A stretch of 63,981 nt of DNA, the filler included, from Octopus bimaculoides (taxonomy: Eukaryota): assembly GCF_001194135.2 (NCBI RefSeq). It is 8 parts of 8 records of this genome, joined end to end, with 100 filler letters (N's around TTAATTAATTAA, not from the genome) between each part and the next. Parts side by side here need not be neighbours in the genome. Positions count along the whole stretch, not along the records: positions 16,971 to 37,404 come from NC_068984.1; 7 more parts are not named here. One strand, given 5' to 3'. The notes under the pieces were generated by a model, which saw nothing but the letters and a program-made list of their open reading frames with translations, did not search any database and was not told the DNA's origin. Below, piece by piece: positions 23,966 through 35,576 of the stretch. Position numbers and translations under genes: made by a program. Each line of letters starts with the position of its first letter. Within the stretch, counting starts at the first letter, position 1.

Positions 23966-24360
23966 TTTATCACCGAACCCACTATTGTAGAGTGCTTCGT
24001 TGTACGGTCTTTCGATTTTCTTGAATATAGATTCCTTTGATGGTAAATTGGTGAGTTTTTATATGTTCTTTCCAAAGTTTTTAACTAAACTTTAAGGATT
24101 GTTAAAAAAATCTATGTATATAGTGGATATTTTCATTTTTTAATGAATTTTGTACATGGAAGCTTCTAACTCTAAATTAACTGCTTTGGGATGTATGACA
24201 TCTTTAATAGAGAAAATCAAGTTTTGCAATAACTTTGTTCTACTCACAAGATGAACCTCCAAAATAAGGCTTGAAAATACAAAGAAATTTACAGTCTGAT
24301 AAAGACCACCAAGTTGAAACTTTGAAGTAACTGCTAACCTTATTCTTATAAAAATAAAAC
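23955..24360 (-). mobile_element. Degenerate Penelope-like RT fragment (same type as the 63 kb element)
   Basis: LGGLYQ...KNENIHYIH...SLVKNFGKNI*KLTNLPSKESIFKKIERPYNEALYNSGF parallels GGLYRDD...KSNENLKYIN...ALVNNLGKRIS...IFNKHAPYYNEVLHKAGY at 63.3-63.7 kb. Confidence 0.6.
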
Positions 24361-24527
24361 ATGATACTCTAGTGTAAGTTAATGTTATAACTTAATGTTA
24401 ACCTATGTTTGACTATTTTTATATATAACTATACAAATATCACACATATTGGCATATTGGTCGTTGAGCGTGAGCATGTTTATGAACGAAATCTACAAGA
24501 GTTTGCATTTTAACTTTTGTTTTTCAG

Positions 24528-24740
24528 GTTATGATTGCCGGAACTAACAGATTGATGAAAAAATTACAGATGAGGGATGAATACAAAGACAACGAAATTC
24601 CGTTTGAGGAGTATCTTGGTGTAATGAACCAAAATGTCTTAATTAAAGAAATGGAAGGAAGCAAATACAGAAATTCCGATTATTTGACCTTCCAAGAAAC
24701 GAATTGGTTTAAATTCGATGGAAGTCCTGAGCAAGATAAG
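24528..24740 (+). CDS. Internal coding exon of an uncharacterised protein (phase 0/0, 71 aa)
   Basis: Acceptor ttttgtttttcAG, donor AAG|GTAATA, 213 nt open: VMIAGTNRLMKKLQMRDEYKDNEIPFEEYLGVMNQNVLIKEMEGSKYRNSDYLTFQETNWFKFDGSPEQDK. Not repetitive. Confidence 0.8.
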
Positions 24741-25294
24741 GTAATATACTTGTATCGATTGGTTTACTTGTCACGTAGTTCAATTAAATTATGACCTTAT
24801 TACTAATTAATTTCAAAAGCTGTACGCAAATTATTGATCCTAGAATCTACTTATAACAGTTGAGGTAGATTCGATTTAGTTGATTTTAAATATTTTGCTT
24901 TTACCGATTCGTGTATTTCCTTTTACAGAGCCATTGCCAGAAAATAGTAAAATGCTCTAATGATTCTGGGACTTAGACCTTAAGACGCTTATCTAGTAGT
25001 AATAACAATGATGCAATCTTAAAGAAGGGACCTTTTCTCCAGAATAGTCATTGGGTTAGGAATTCAAAGAATAAGTTTGAATACATTTCTTCAGTCATTT
25101 ACTAAATTGGCTAGGTAGATGCTCTCTGATTAGGCAAAACCAAATAATGTTGCTGGAATATTTGGCAAGTCTCTTGTTTATACGAAGAAAATATATTTAA
25201 ATGTGGGTTACCATGCATAAAGATATGATTCAAAAATAACTTTCAATCAATTGAAATTATAATCGTAAGTAGAAAAGATGAAATTGTTTTCAAA

Positions 25295-25492
25295 TTTTAG
25301 CTCAAGACCAGCAATTTCGAGGTAGAGACTAAGTCGATTATATCGACTTCAGTGCTAAGCTGGTACTTATTTTATCGACCTCGAAAGGATGAAAAATAAA
25401 GTCGACTTCGGCGGAAGTTGAACTCAGAACGTACAGACGGATGAAATGCCGTTAAGCATTTTGCCCAGAGTGTTAACGGTTCTGCCAGCTCA
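25295..25492 (-). mobile_element. SINE family B (intronic)
   Basis: ggtacttattttatcgacctcgaaaggatgaaaaataaagtcgacttcggcggaagttgaactcagaacg. Confidence 0.85.
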
Positions 25493-26717
25493 TCGACCCC
25501 AGAAGGAATGCTAATAGCATTAATAAATGTTACTTTATATTAGTTGAAATAAATTTTCACAGATTCATTAGTAAATGCTTCCTGCTTAGATAAACTGTGA
25601 TAAATCTATTGTGGATAAACATATAACAATATACCTGAAGTGTAGAAAAAAATTATGCTTTATAATTTGTCTTAGGTATTTCTGATGTATCTTCTTTTGC
25701 TATTACTTACATTACTCAACACTTTACCCTTTTCTGAGGTGCTTAAGTAATGATTTCAGAAACTTCCCCGCCCCACTGTTTTCTGTTTACTGTTTTCTGC
25801 AAACTTATGAGTCCATCGAGTTATATATTTAATGATTTAAATATAATTTTAAAACAATCTTAATTATGGAATTATTTTGTTAGTCATTTTCTGACCAATT
25901 GTAAGTTTTCAAGCCTGAGTGTCTTTCACTTAACCGGCAAAGTTTATGAATATTTTCTCCACAATCGATTGTGTCTGCGTTCATCTTGGATTAATATCCT
26001 GTATTTTCCATTTACTTAGAATACATGAGCAATATGTCGCCATTTAAATCTTAGGATAGAACAGAAAGACCATCTGTGAATAAGATATGTTATCTCATTT
26101 GTTATGATTTTTCTAAGGCTTCATGGCACTGGATCGTATGTGAAGTTTACTGAAATGAACAAATCGCAAAAAGAGATGTGATTGATAATTAATTTGTCTG
26201 CTAAACCAGCATATATAAATATATTTAGATAGACGACTTGCAAATCACTAATTAATTGCTGCGACATTAATTTTATTGACATCTACTGCTTTGTTTAGGT
26301 AAGGAGAAAGTTATTCTCAAGGAAAATTATTTCAAGTGATATCTTGTAGGCGCCTAATTTAAGATCTCAAAGTCTGGAATAAGCATAACATTGAGAGGAG
26401 GGAAATAAAGGCTATTCGACACATCTAAGTTGCATGCCTAATAAAACCTTAATGAGTTACAGGAAGTAACACCGTTTTGAATCTAGTCGTCGCTGGACAA
26501 TTTCTTCATTGAAGAGGTCCAAATCTATTGCATACCATTTTCTAAGAAATGGGACTTAATTTGCAGTCAGTTAAAACGAGACAAATAAGTATCTTCTTGT
26601 ATCAGAATCAGAGACACTCTGAATTTTTTAATACAAATGTAAGGTAAATTGGCAGCGAATACATTAGTTAATCAAGCATTAGTTAATCTTATATCTAAAT
26701 GCAAGTAAAAGCAATAA

Positions 26718-26880
26718 TCTAGCAGAATCGTTAGAGCGTCAGACAAAATACTTTACAGTATTTCTTCTAGCACTTTATGTTTTGAGTTCTAATTCTGCCG
26801 AGGTCAACTTCGTCTTTCATCCTTTTGGAGTCTATAAGACAAAGTACCAGTCGATTTCTGGCCTTGTGCTTAAATTAGAA
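26718..26880 (+). mobile_element. SINE family B, degenerate (intronic)
   Basis: gcagaatcgttagagcg...gagttctaattctgccgaggtcaacttcgtctttcatccttttggagtc. Confidence 0.75.
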
Positions 26881-27318
26881 ATCCCATCTATTGTGAAGTT
26901 GTGATGAATAATCGGCTGAAAGTTATGAATAATTCATTGTGATAACGAATGTATATACTTGTTACAGTCCACTAGTTTTATACTTGTGCAGTTTAGGGTT
27001 ATAATACATAACCCCCCGAACATGGAATCGAACGGAAACAGATTACAATGCAGAATTGTGAAATCTGAAAATAGTTACAAAGAAGCAAGCATCCTTGTCC
27101 AGCATCCTCTTATCTTGATTATACTGTCTGTCGCATTGAATATCAAATTGAGATACTGAGCATTGAACTGATTCTTGCAAACAACTGGTACTTATTTCGT
27201 TAGTATATCCTTCGCTAAGTCGAAAAGTAAAATCTGCTCTGTTGGATATCTCAGCTGAAAGCTAGAAATGCTTTTTGTACTGTTTAATCCAGTGCTTTGA
27301 TTTTCTTTCAGATATTTA

Positions 27319-28582
27319 CAGGGGTTGGACAAAATAATGGAAACACTTAGCATCAAAGCATCATAATTTTGAAATATCTTTAAAAACTGTCAAAAGCTTC
27401 TTTATTTTTATGTTTTTTGATTTATTATTAGTGTTGCTTAATATGTTTTGCTAAAATTGCTGTTTTTTCTAGATATCACCAGAAAAAGGTAATTAAAATT
27501 CATTAAAATGACTGATCTATCGGACTTTCAAACATGTCAGATTCATGGTGCTCGTATGGCAGGCGCTAGCGCAACGAAAACAGCCGAAATGTTTGGTGTA
27601 TCAAGAAGTACTGTCTTGAAAGTTATGACAGCCTTTGAGAAAGAGGGAAAACCTCGTCGAAACAAAACTCCGGAAGAAAACCAAAACTTTCAGATAGGGA
27701 CCGTCCGACTCTTACGCAAATTATTAGAAAGGATCACAAAAGTACAGCTCCCAAAATTACTGCAGAGCTTAATGACCACCTCTAGAACCCAGTTTCCGCA
27801 AAAACCGTTCACCGGGAGCTGCACAAAGCCGGATTTCACGGGAGGGCCGCAAGCATAAAACCACTACTTTCAAAAACAAACGTTGCAAAGCGATTAGAAC
27901 GGAGTAAAAACCTACAGAATTGGTCCGTAGAGAAGTGGAAGAATGTTATTTTTTCAGACGAGTAATCCTTTACCTTATTTCCGACCACCGGCCGAGTATA
28001 CGTGTGGAGATAGCCAAAAGAGGCATTTGACCCAGACTGCCTTCTTCCAGCTGTTAAACATGGAAGAGGGTGATGAGCTGGGGGGCTATATATTGGAAAT
28101 CCGCCGGCCCAATGGTTTCCCTTCATGGCAGAATTAATAGTGAAGACTATTTAAGAATTTTATCTGATCAAATTCAACGTATGGTTGCAGAAATGTTTCC
28201 GAAGGGAAACGCAATCTTTCAGGAAGATAATGCACCAATTCACACATCTAAAGTTGTTACTGAATGGCACGAGGAACATTTTAGTGAAGCTGAACATCTT
28301 ATCTGGCCACCACAGTCTCCAGATGTCAATATCATTGAACATTTATGGTACATTTTAGAAAACAAGTAAGGAGTTGATATCCTCTACCATCATCACTACA
28401 AGAATTGGAGACTGTTTTAGCTGAAGAATGGACAAAACTTCCTTTGGAAACAATTCAAACTTTGTACGAGTCCATACCTTGTAGAATTCAAGCTATAATT
28501 ACTACCAAAGGCGGTATTACTCAATATTAAAATAAGGTTGTTTGAAATTTTAAGGTGTTTCCATTATTTTGTCCAACCCTTG
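27319..28582 (+). mobile_element. Full-length Tc1 element (DD34E), intronic
   Basis: TA at 27317-27318 and 28583-28584; TIRs CAGGGGTTGGACAAAATAATGGAAACAC / GTGTTTCCATTATTTTGTCCAACCCTTG (1 mismatch in 28); 1264 bp. Confidence 0.95.
27508..28530 (+). pseudogene. Tc1 transposase pseudogene
   Basis: MTDLSDFQ...GVSRSTV (HTH), VIFSDE, WGAI.W, IFQEDNAPIHT...WPPQSPDVNIIEHLW; frameshifts and premature stops; original stop at about 28528-28530. Confidence 0.93.
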
Positions 28583-28833
28583 TATATGAAAAAAGTTAAC
28601 ATCATCAAATGAAGTAAACTTTTGTTTTATTTTATATTTTAGTCAGAAGAGGAAAAATTTCACCTGTGAGAATTGAAATCGTACAGATTGATGTGATTTC
28701 TGTTCAAATCGAGCCTCTGCAGTTTAATCTACCGATTTTGTATCATTTCTGATTTATTTTTCCAGTCATTTATGGTTGGAAAAATCCTGTACATTTCTTA
28801 AATTTATTTCTTCTATGCAATATTATGTTCTAG

Positions 28834-29052
28834 ATTTATCAAGTAGAAGCATGGTTTGCCAATCTGATCAACGATATGGATGTTTTAACTGACACAGAAA
28901 TCAACATTATTGATTTCGCAAACATTGTTGCAGCTACTGGGGCTGCAGTAAAAGATTTTTTCTCAGTTTTTGTGGCTGCCGACAATATCGAGCGTAGTAT
29001 AGTAGACGTGGGTATTCTGCGATATCCGGACATAGAAAGACCCTTTTTCAAG
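28834..29052 (+). CDS. Next coding exon of the same uncharacterised protein (phase 0/0, 73 aa)
   Basis: Acceptor tattatgttctAG, donor AAG|GTATCT, 219 nt open: IYQVEAWFANLINDMDVLTDTEINIIDFANIVAATGAAVKDFFSVFVAADNIERSIVDVGILRYPDIERPFFK. Joins 24528-24740 in frame across a 4093-nt GT-AG intron. Confidence 0.8.
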
Positions 29053-29110
29053 GTATCTATTCTGTTTTTCTTTTATAACAACCAAACAAAAGGGTCAAAT
29101 TGTGTGATTA

Positions 29111-29300
29111 CAGGTAAGTTTACCGCCATCAATTCACCGCAGGGAAAGTTCACTGCCATCAATTCACCGCGAAGAAAGTTCACCGCGGGGAAAGTTTACC
29201 GAAAAAATATATCCATAGTATCTCGCCATTAATAGTTAAAAACTACTTTATTGAAAAAAAAAAGAACCTAAAACGGGAATTGATGACGGTGAACCTGCCG
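29111..29300. mobile_element. Small non-autonomous TIR-like element with 30-bp subterminal repeats
   Basis: AAGTT(T/C)AC(C/T)GCCATCAATTCACCGC repeated at 29116 and 29146 (partial at 29176 and 29191); inverted copy GAATTGATGACGGTGAACCT at 29277-29296. Confidence 0.55.
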
Positions 29301-29349
29301 GCCATGAAATTGTGTGTGTGTGTGTGTGTGTGTATGTGTGTGTGTTTGT

Positions 29350-29386
<37 letters not shown>

Positions 29387-30341
29387 TGTGTGCGTGTGGG
29401 TGCAGCTAGTGAATTTTCTTTCTATTTCTGTAGACAGTTGTATTTCAATCACAAGGCGGCTACCCACCTGCCCATATCAATTTCCATTCATTCCACAATC
29501 AAACTATTGTTTTAACTTATTCATTGGCGTGTTTGATAAATAGGTGAATGAAAGGGAAAAGAAAATGGTACATGTGTCTGCGGAATACTCAACCACATAC
29601 TCAATTCAAGAAGTCGACTGAAGGACTGAATGTCATTCTCAGAAACTACTGGAGAGTCTCATCTTTTATATATGTATATGTACGTGTGAGTGTGAGCATG
29701 CGAGTATGAGCCCGTAAGTATGTATGTGTGTGTGCATTTGTGCGTGCAAGTGTGTTCATGTGTGTGTAGAGGAAAGCTCACTTAATCTCGCTGAGTTATG
29801 TGAGTAGGTCGGATTCAACCAATCTGCGGAATATATGATATCAAGGTCAAGAATATTGAAAATTCAGATTGTTCCATCAAAGCTTCATGGAAACTAAAAT
29901 GGCTGTAGTTTAGACTACTTTCAGTTTAAATTACAGCACTTTTACNNNNNNNNNNNNNNNNNNNNNNNNNNNNNNNNNNNNNNNNNNNNNNNNNNNNNNN
30001 NNNNNNNNNNNNNNNNNNNNNNNNNNNNNNNNNNNNNNNNNNNNNNNNNNNNNNNNNNNNNNNNNNNNNNNNNNNNNNNNNNNNNNNNNNNNNNNNNNNN
30101 NNNNNNNNNNNNNNNNNNNNNNNNNNNNNNNNNNNNNNNNNNNNNNNNNNNNNNNNNNNNNNNNNNNNNNNNNNNNNNNNNNNNNNNNNNNNNNNNNNNN
30201 NNNNNNNNNNNNNNNNNNNNNNNNNNNNNNNNNNNNNNNNNNNNNNNNNNNNNNNNNNNNNNNNNNNNNNNNNNNNNNNNNNNNNNNNNNNNNNNNNNNN
30301 NNNNNNNNNNNNNNNNNNNNNNNNNNNNNNNNNNNNNNNNA

Positions 30342-30375
<34 letters not shown>

Positions 30376-30379
<4 letters not shown>

Positions 30380-30470
30380 GAATAAGTCCTGGAGTCGATT
30401 TACTCGACTAAAGGTGGTGCTCCAGCATGGCCACAGTCAGATGGCTGAAACAAGTAAAAGAGAGTAAAAG
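30376..30470 (+). mobile_element. SINE family A tail (head in gap)
   Basis: gaataagtcctggagtcgatttactcgactaaaggtggtgctccagcatggccacagtc. Confidence 0.85.
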
Positions 30471-31090
30471 AGAATATATATATAAGTTACTGACTGACCC
30501 TGTGTTGATTTATTTTATACCCCTTGGTTCAATTTTTCTCGAAATTTACTTTAGTTTCTAAGAAAACATCTTTCCAACTTTGGCAATGCTTTATGTAGAT
30601 GAGCTAACGAAAATTTATAGAGTAAAGACTTGGGAAGTTAAAACTTTAATATCTTTATAACAAGACTGACATTTATAATTCTTTGACAGTACATTTTCTA
30701 CGTTTCTCATGCCAAAACTTAAATTATGGATTAAATCTTCCTGCATTTAGACATCAGAACTTTGAATAATCTTCCACAAAATGCTGTTGGAATAAACGTT
30801 CACAATAACTGTCCAGACTAAATGGAATCTCAAAATGTCTTCTATAACTTGCTTCCGTCTGGCGATTAAAACGTACCCTGATGGGGTACGTTTTAATCGT
30901 CAGAGGGAACACATGGCTGGATTTTACCCTAGAGCTGTCATTATAAAGTGTACTGCTGTTCTGTTTCCCATCCTGCTTTTACTAAAAACATCCTGCATTT
31001 CTTTTATTCTATGTCGTTTCCGTTGCCTATCTTATGGCCTATTGCTTTATAAATATCTATAGATTATAATTGTTAATATGTTTTACATTT

Positions 31091-31307
31091 AAGGCGGTGA
31101 GCCGACAAAATCGTTAGCACGCCGGGTAAAATACTTAACGGCTTTTCGTCCGTTTTTACGTTTTGAGTTCAAATTTCCCGAAGGTCAACTTTACCTTTCC
31201 TCCTTTCGGGACCGATAAAATAAATTCCAGTTGAACACTAGAATCGATGTTGTCGACTTACCCCCTTACCCGAAGTTGCAAGCCTTGTGCCACAATTTGA
31301 AACCAAT
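31091..31307 (+). mobile_element. SINE family B
   Basis: aaggcggtgagccgacaaaatcgttagcacgccgg...gagttcaaatttcccgaaggtcaactttacctttcctcctttcggg. Confidence 0.85.
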
Positions 31308-32072
31308 AGTGTTACATTTGAAAACAAATCTAAAATGTTCAGGTCATATCTTAGAAAGTTTTGGATTCCTTTTCGTTAACCAAATTGCATACGAAGTCAT
31401 TTTTTCATTGCTACATTCATGAAGATGTAATTAGCAGAAAACATCTTTAATTTAAATTCATAACCAAGTCGCGAACGTATCTCTCTGAGTTTCGAACAAC
31501 TCTTGTAATATCCATTTTCTTGTATAAATGCCTTATCTATTTCCGGTGTCGGTTTAAAATATAACAGAGACAGACTGGAAATGAGTGAATCTGGTGATAT
31601 ATAGAAAACGTAGAATATTATATTAAACAAATACTATCAGAAAAATAAATTATTGGAAATACGCCTGAATTACGAAATCTATTAAAAGTTGATCTGAATA
31701 AAATAAAATAAGGAATGCAACTAGAAATGATGTTTGCTTTCGTAAATAATAAGATATCATACAATAAAGGCACATTAACAAAGAAATAACAATTACTAAG
31801 AGCTTTCAGACGAAGCAAATATATTTTTATTCTACTAAATTTTGTAGAAGTTACTTAAATGAATACAACAATTGGTAATATGAATAATATATATATATTT
31901 CTAGTCTTATATTTCGAGCATTTAACAACAATATACGCTTTCGATAAAACAGTTGCTCCCGCAAAGCAAATTAAATAAAATTTGGGATTTTGCGGAGGAT
32001 CAAAATAGGTAACATAAACAAGACAGTGAAAACATACAGGAAGGGCTGCTAAGCCTAAATGAGGTTGTGGTG

Positions 32073-32907
32073 GCGAACGCGTAAATCAAGCTAGGACAGG
32101 AGACAAACAAGAACACGCCTTCCTTGTTCCAGCTACAACGGAGAGAAAGGAAGAAAGATGACCGATGGTCACGTGAGCAAGGGAGGAGGAGTGAGGGAGA
32201 GAGAGTTACAGAGTAATAGGACAGAATAGTGGGAGAAGAGGAGATAAAAGAATAAGAGATAGAAAAAGAGAGAAAAATGAAAGAGTAAAACGATCGTATA
32301 GAGTGCGCATCAGAATTATTAAGATAAATTTTACTTGAAAGAGGATGCATGGCGTTCAATCATATAATAATATAAATAATATATATATGCATATATACAT
32401 GCGTATATGTACATACTTACATCTATACGTATATATATGCATATGTGGGCACAGGACATCACGAAACGTGTACAACAAAAAAGTACGAAGCACGAGTACA
32501 TGGAACATGAACTATTCTTTCGAACAACGAAAGACACAAATGGAAAACAAATAACATAAAGAACGACCCTTCATCAATTGTTGACTGTTTTTCTAGTCTC
32601 GTATTTCGAGCATACGCCACGCATCCTTTTCCAAGTAAGTTTTATCTTAATAATTCTGATTCGCACTCTATACAATCTTTTTACTCTTTCAGTTTTCTCT
32701 CTTTTTCTATCTCTTATTCTTTTACCTTCTCTTCTCCCACTATTCTATCCTATTACTCTGTCACTCTCTCTCCCTTACTCCTCCTCCCCTGATCATGTGG
32801 CTCCCACGTGACCATCGGCCATCTTTCTTCCTTTCTCTCCGTTGTAGCTGGAACAAGGAAGACGTGTTCTTGTTTGTCTCCTGTCCCAGCTTGATTTACG
32901 CGTTCGC
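32073..32907. repeat. Long inverted repeat (arms 32073-32355 and 32614-32907)
   Basis: The arms align over about 290 bp at roughly 90% by eye (gcgaacgcgtaaatcaagct.ggacaggagacaaacaagaacacg...aggatgc.tggcgt). Confidence 0.92.
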
Positions 32908-33297
32908 ACACACACACACAGAGGCACAATAACTCAAGCACCAGATACAGTCACACTCACAGATACACAATTATTTATGAAATGCGAACAAGACAAATAC
33001 ATAAAGAAAAGAGGCGAGAAGGAGAGCAGAGAGTACGAGAAAAGGAGAGAGCAGATTACAAAAAGCTGAAACACATATACGCAAGTACACACATACACAA
33101 ACACACACACACACAATTGTATAGAATCATTCACGAGAAGCCAGCCTTTAGAGATAAGTCTGAGATTTCGGTTTTCTGCTACATCCCTCCAATATCACAT
33201 ATGTTAACTGTAACATTAGAAACAGGAATAAACCCCCACACTCTCATTCTAATAAATAAGCAGTGGCTTTGCATCTATAACAAAAATAAATATTTTT

Positions 33298-33508
33298 TTC
33301 TACTCTAGGAACAAAGCCTAGAAATTTGGGGGGAAGAGGCCGGTCGATTAGATCGACTCCAGTAACAACTAGTACTTAATTTATCGACTCCGAAAGGATG
33401 AAAGGCAAAGTCGACCTCGGTGGCATTTGAACTCAGAACGTAAAGACAAACGAAATACTGCTAAACATTTCGTCCGGCGTGCTAACGATTCTGCCAGCTA
33501 GCCGCCTT
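33298..33508 (-). mobile_element. SINE family B, near full length
   Basis: Reverse complement of 58656-58872. Confidence 0.9.
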
Positions 33509-34679
33509 TATAATAATAAATATTTGAACTAAAATATTCAATCTTGAGTGAGACGACTGGATCTTAACGTAGTAAACTGAATAGGAGCGAGATGGAGAAC
33601 AGAGTGTTGGATCATAGATTGTAAGTTCATCCTTTTCTCTCTCTGCTAGCGAGGAGAAGAGTTAGTTGTGCCGTGATGTATTTTTCGAATTATCTTGGCA
33701 TGTTATCTATTGTGATAGATTATTATTCCGTCTGTAGATAGAATTAATTTGTTATCCCATCACGCTAACGAATCAATGCAATCATTATTTTCATAGTAAG
33801 ACCAACTTTAAATGTCAGTAAGACTAACTATAAATGTTTACATACATACAGACAGAATACATACATACACGTATAATAGTACATTTGAATTGAATTCTTA
33901 TATTGCGATTCCAGCTTCACGCCAATGCAATTTTTAGAAGGGAAATGTTAAAACTAGAAGTAGTGATTTATTAAGTTTATTTAATAAACTAAATCAATCA
34001 CGGCTGTTATTTGGGTATGTCTTGACTGGCTGCTTATTTTTGTGTCGAGTTTAATTTCGTCAATTATGTTTTAATCCTTCATTAAAAAAATTTTTTTTTT
34101 ACTTGCTTCGATCATCGGTCCGCGGCCATGCGGCCATGTTGGGCTGCTGCCCGTGAAAGATTTAGTCTAGCAGATCGTCCCTTGTACATATTTTTTGTTT
34201 TGCAATGGTACAAACATACACTGTATACATGCGCACTATATATTCACAGTCACATACACACATACACACGTATACATACCACCTGGACAAGCACATATCA
34301 ACTGCAGAACACAAGTGTTTGTTCACGCACACACACACACACGTTAGCCTCACACATATATACAGGTCCATACGCGCCCACGCACACACAAATACGCAAA
34401 ATGCACATCACTCCACACAGCACATACACTAGGTTACATGTACACATACGCACACACCAGGCCAATGCGCATGCACACACATGATAACCGCGCACATAGT
34501 ACACACATCCATATGCAGACACACATACAAGTAGATAACACACATAACGCATATTACTCCACATAATGTACGCACTGGGTCAATTACACACATACACACA
34601 GGCAGGTACACATATTTTTCAGCTTACCCACACATACATACACATGAGCACTATTCTCACATACTCACACGCGCACGAG

Positions 34680-34935
34680 ATTAGATTCGTTCCGCCGAGT
34701 CACTGTCATTATCTACCTTTCATTTAGCCTTCTCCTGGCTATTTGGTCATATTGAACCGTTAATCCCAACATTGTTTTCATTCTCTCTTCTCCGCTCTTA
34801 ATCCTTTCGACGAAGAGCGTAGGTTCGAAACGTAAACGACTTTGCCATTCTTTCCGAGTGTTAAACCAATACAGCTGCTTGTTGTTCCTACACCTGTCTT
34901 TTGTTTTCTGTAAATTTGAACAATATATTACATAC
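34680..34935 (+). mobile_element. Penelope-like pseudo-LTR with degenerate minimal hammerhead
   Basis: TCGACGA-A-GAGC-GTAG-GTTC-GAAAC-GTA at 34807-34834 within a pyrimidine-rich unit ending near TA-rich sequence. Confidence 0.55.
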
Positions 34936-35266
34936 GTTCTCCTGGTCACCTCAATTTGATCTTGCCTGACTGAACTTGCTACGCTCTTTGACTCTCATCC
35001 TAACTATTTCTCGAACTTTCGGTACATCTCCTCAGCTACATAACCAGCACTCCACCCGGATTACCACCGGATCTTCGTTCTCATTCGGATTCTACCTCCA
35101 TGGCTCTTACTGGCTATTCCTGTATATATATATATATATATATATAAATATATATNNNNNNNNNNNNNNNNNNNNNNNNNNNNNNNNNNNNNNNNNNNNN
35201 NNNNNNNNNNNNNNNNNNNNNNNNTATATATATCTATATCTATATCTATATCTATATATATGTATG

Positions 35267-35298
<32 letters not shown>

Positions 35299-35576
35299 TG
35301 TATGTATGTAGGCATGTATGTGTGTGTATGTATGTATATGTACGCGAAAGTGTGAGAATTTGACTGAGACTGTGAATTCCTGCATGCCTCTAGATTCATT
35401 CATGTGCATGTAGATCCATATACATGTATAGATATAAGTATACGTATATGTATACGTATACATATACGTGTGCACTTATGTTCGTGAACGTATCTTTGGT
35501 GCGTGCATTTGTTTATATATTTGCATGTTTGTGGAAGTTTATATGAATATATCCATATGCCCCTTTATATATATAT

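Noticed and set aside
29116-29201. 30-bp direct repeats resembling a CRISPR array
   Set aside because: No unique spacers, a eukaryotic context and an inverted copy at the other end; better explained as TE subterminal repeats.
31397-31630. 77-aa minus ORF / possible exon (DSLISSLSLLYFKPTPEIDKAFIQENGYYK...)
   Set aside because: No recognisable homology and weak splice signals.
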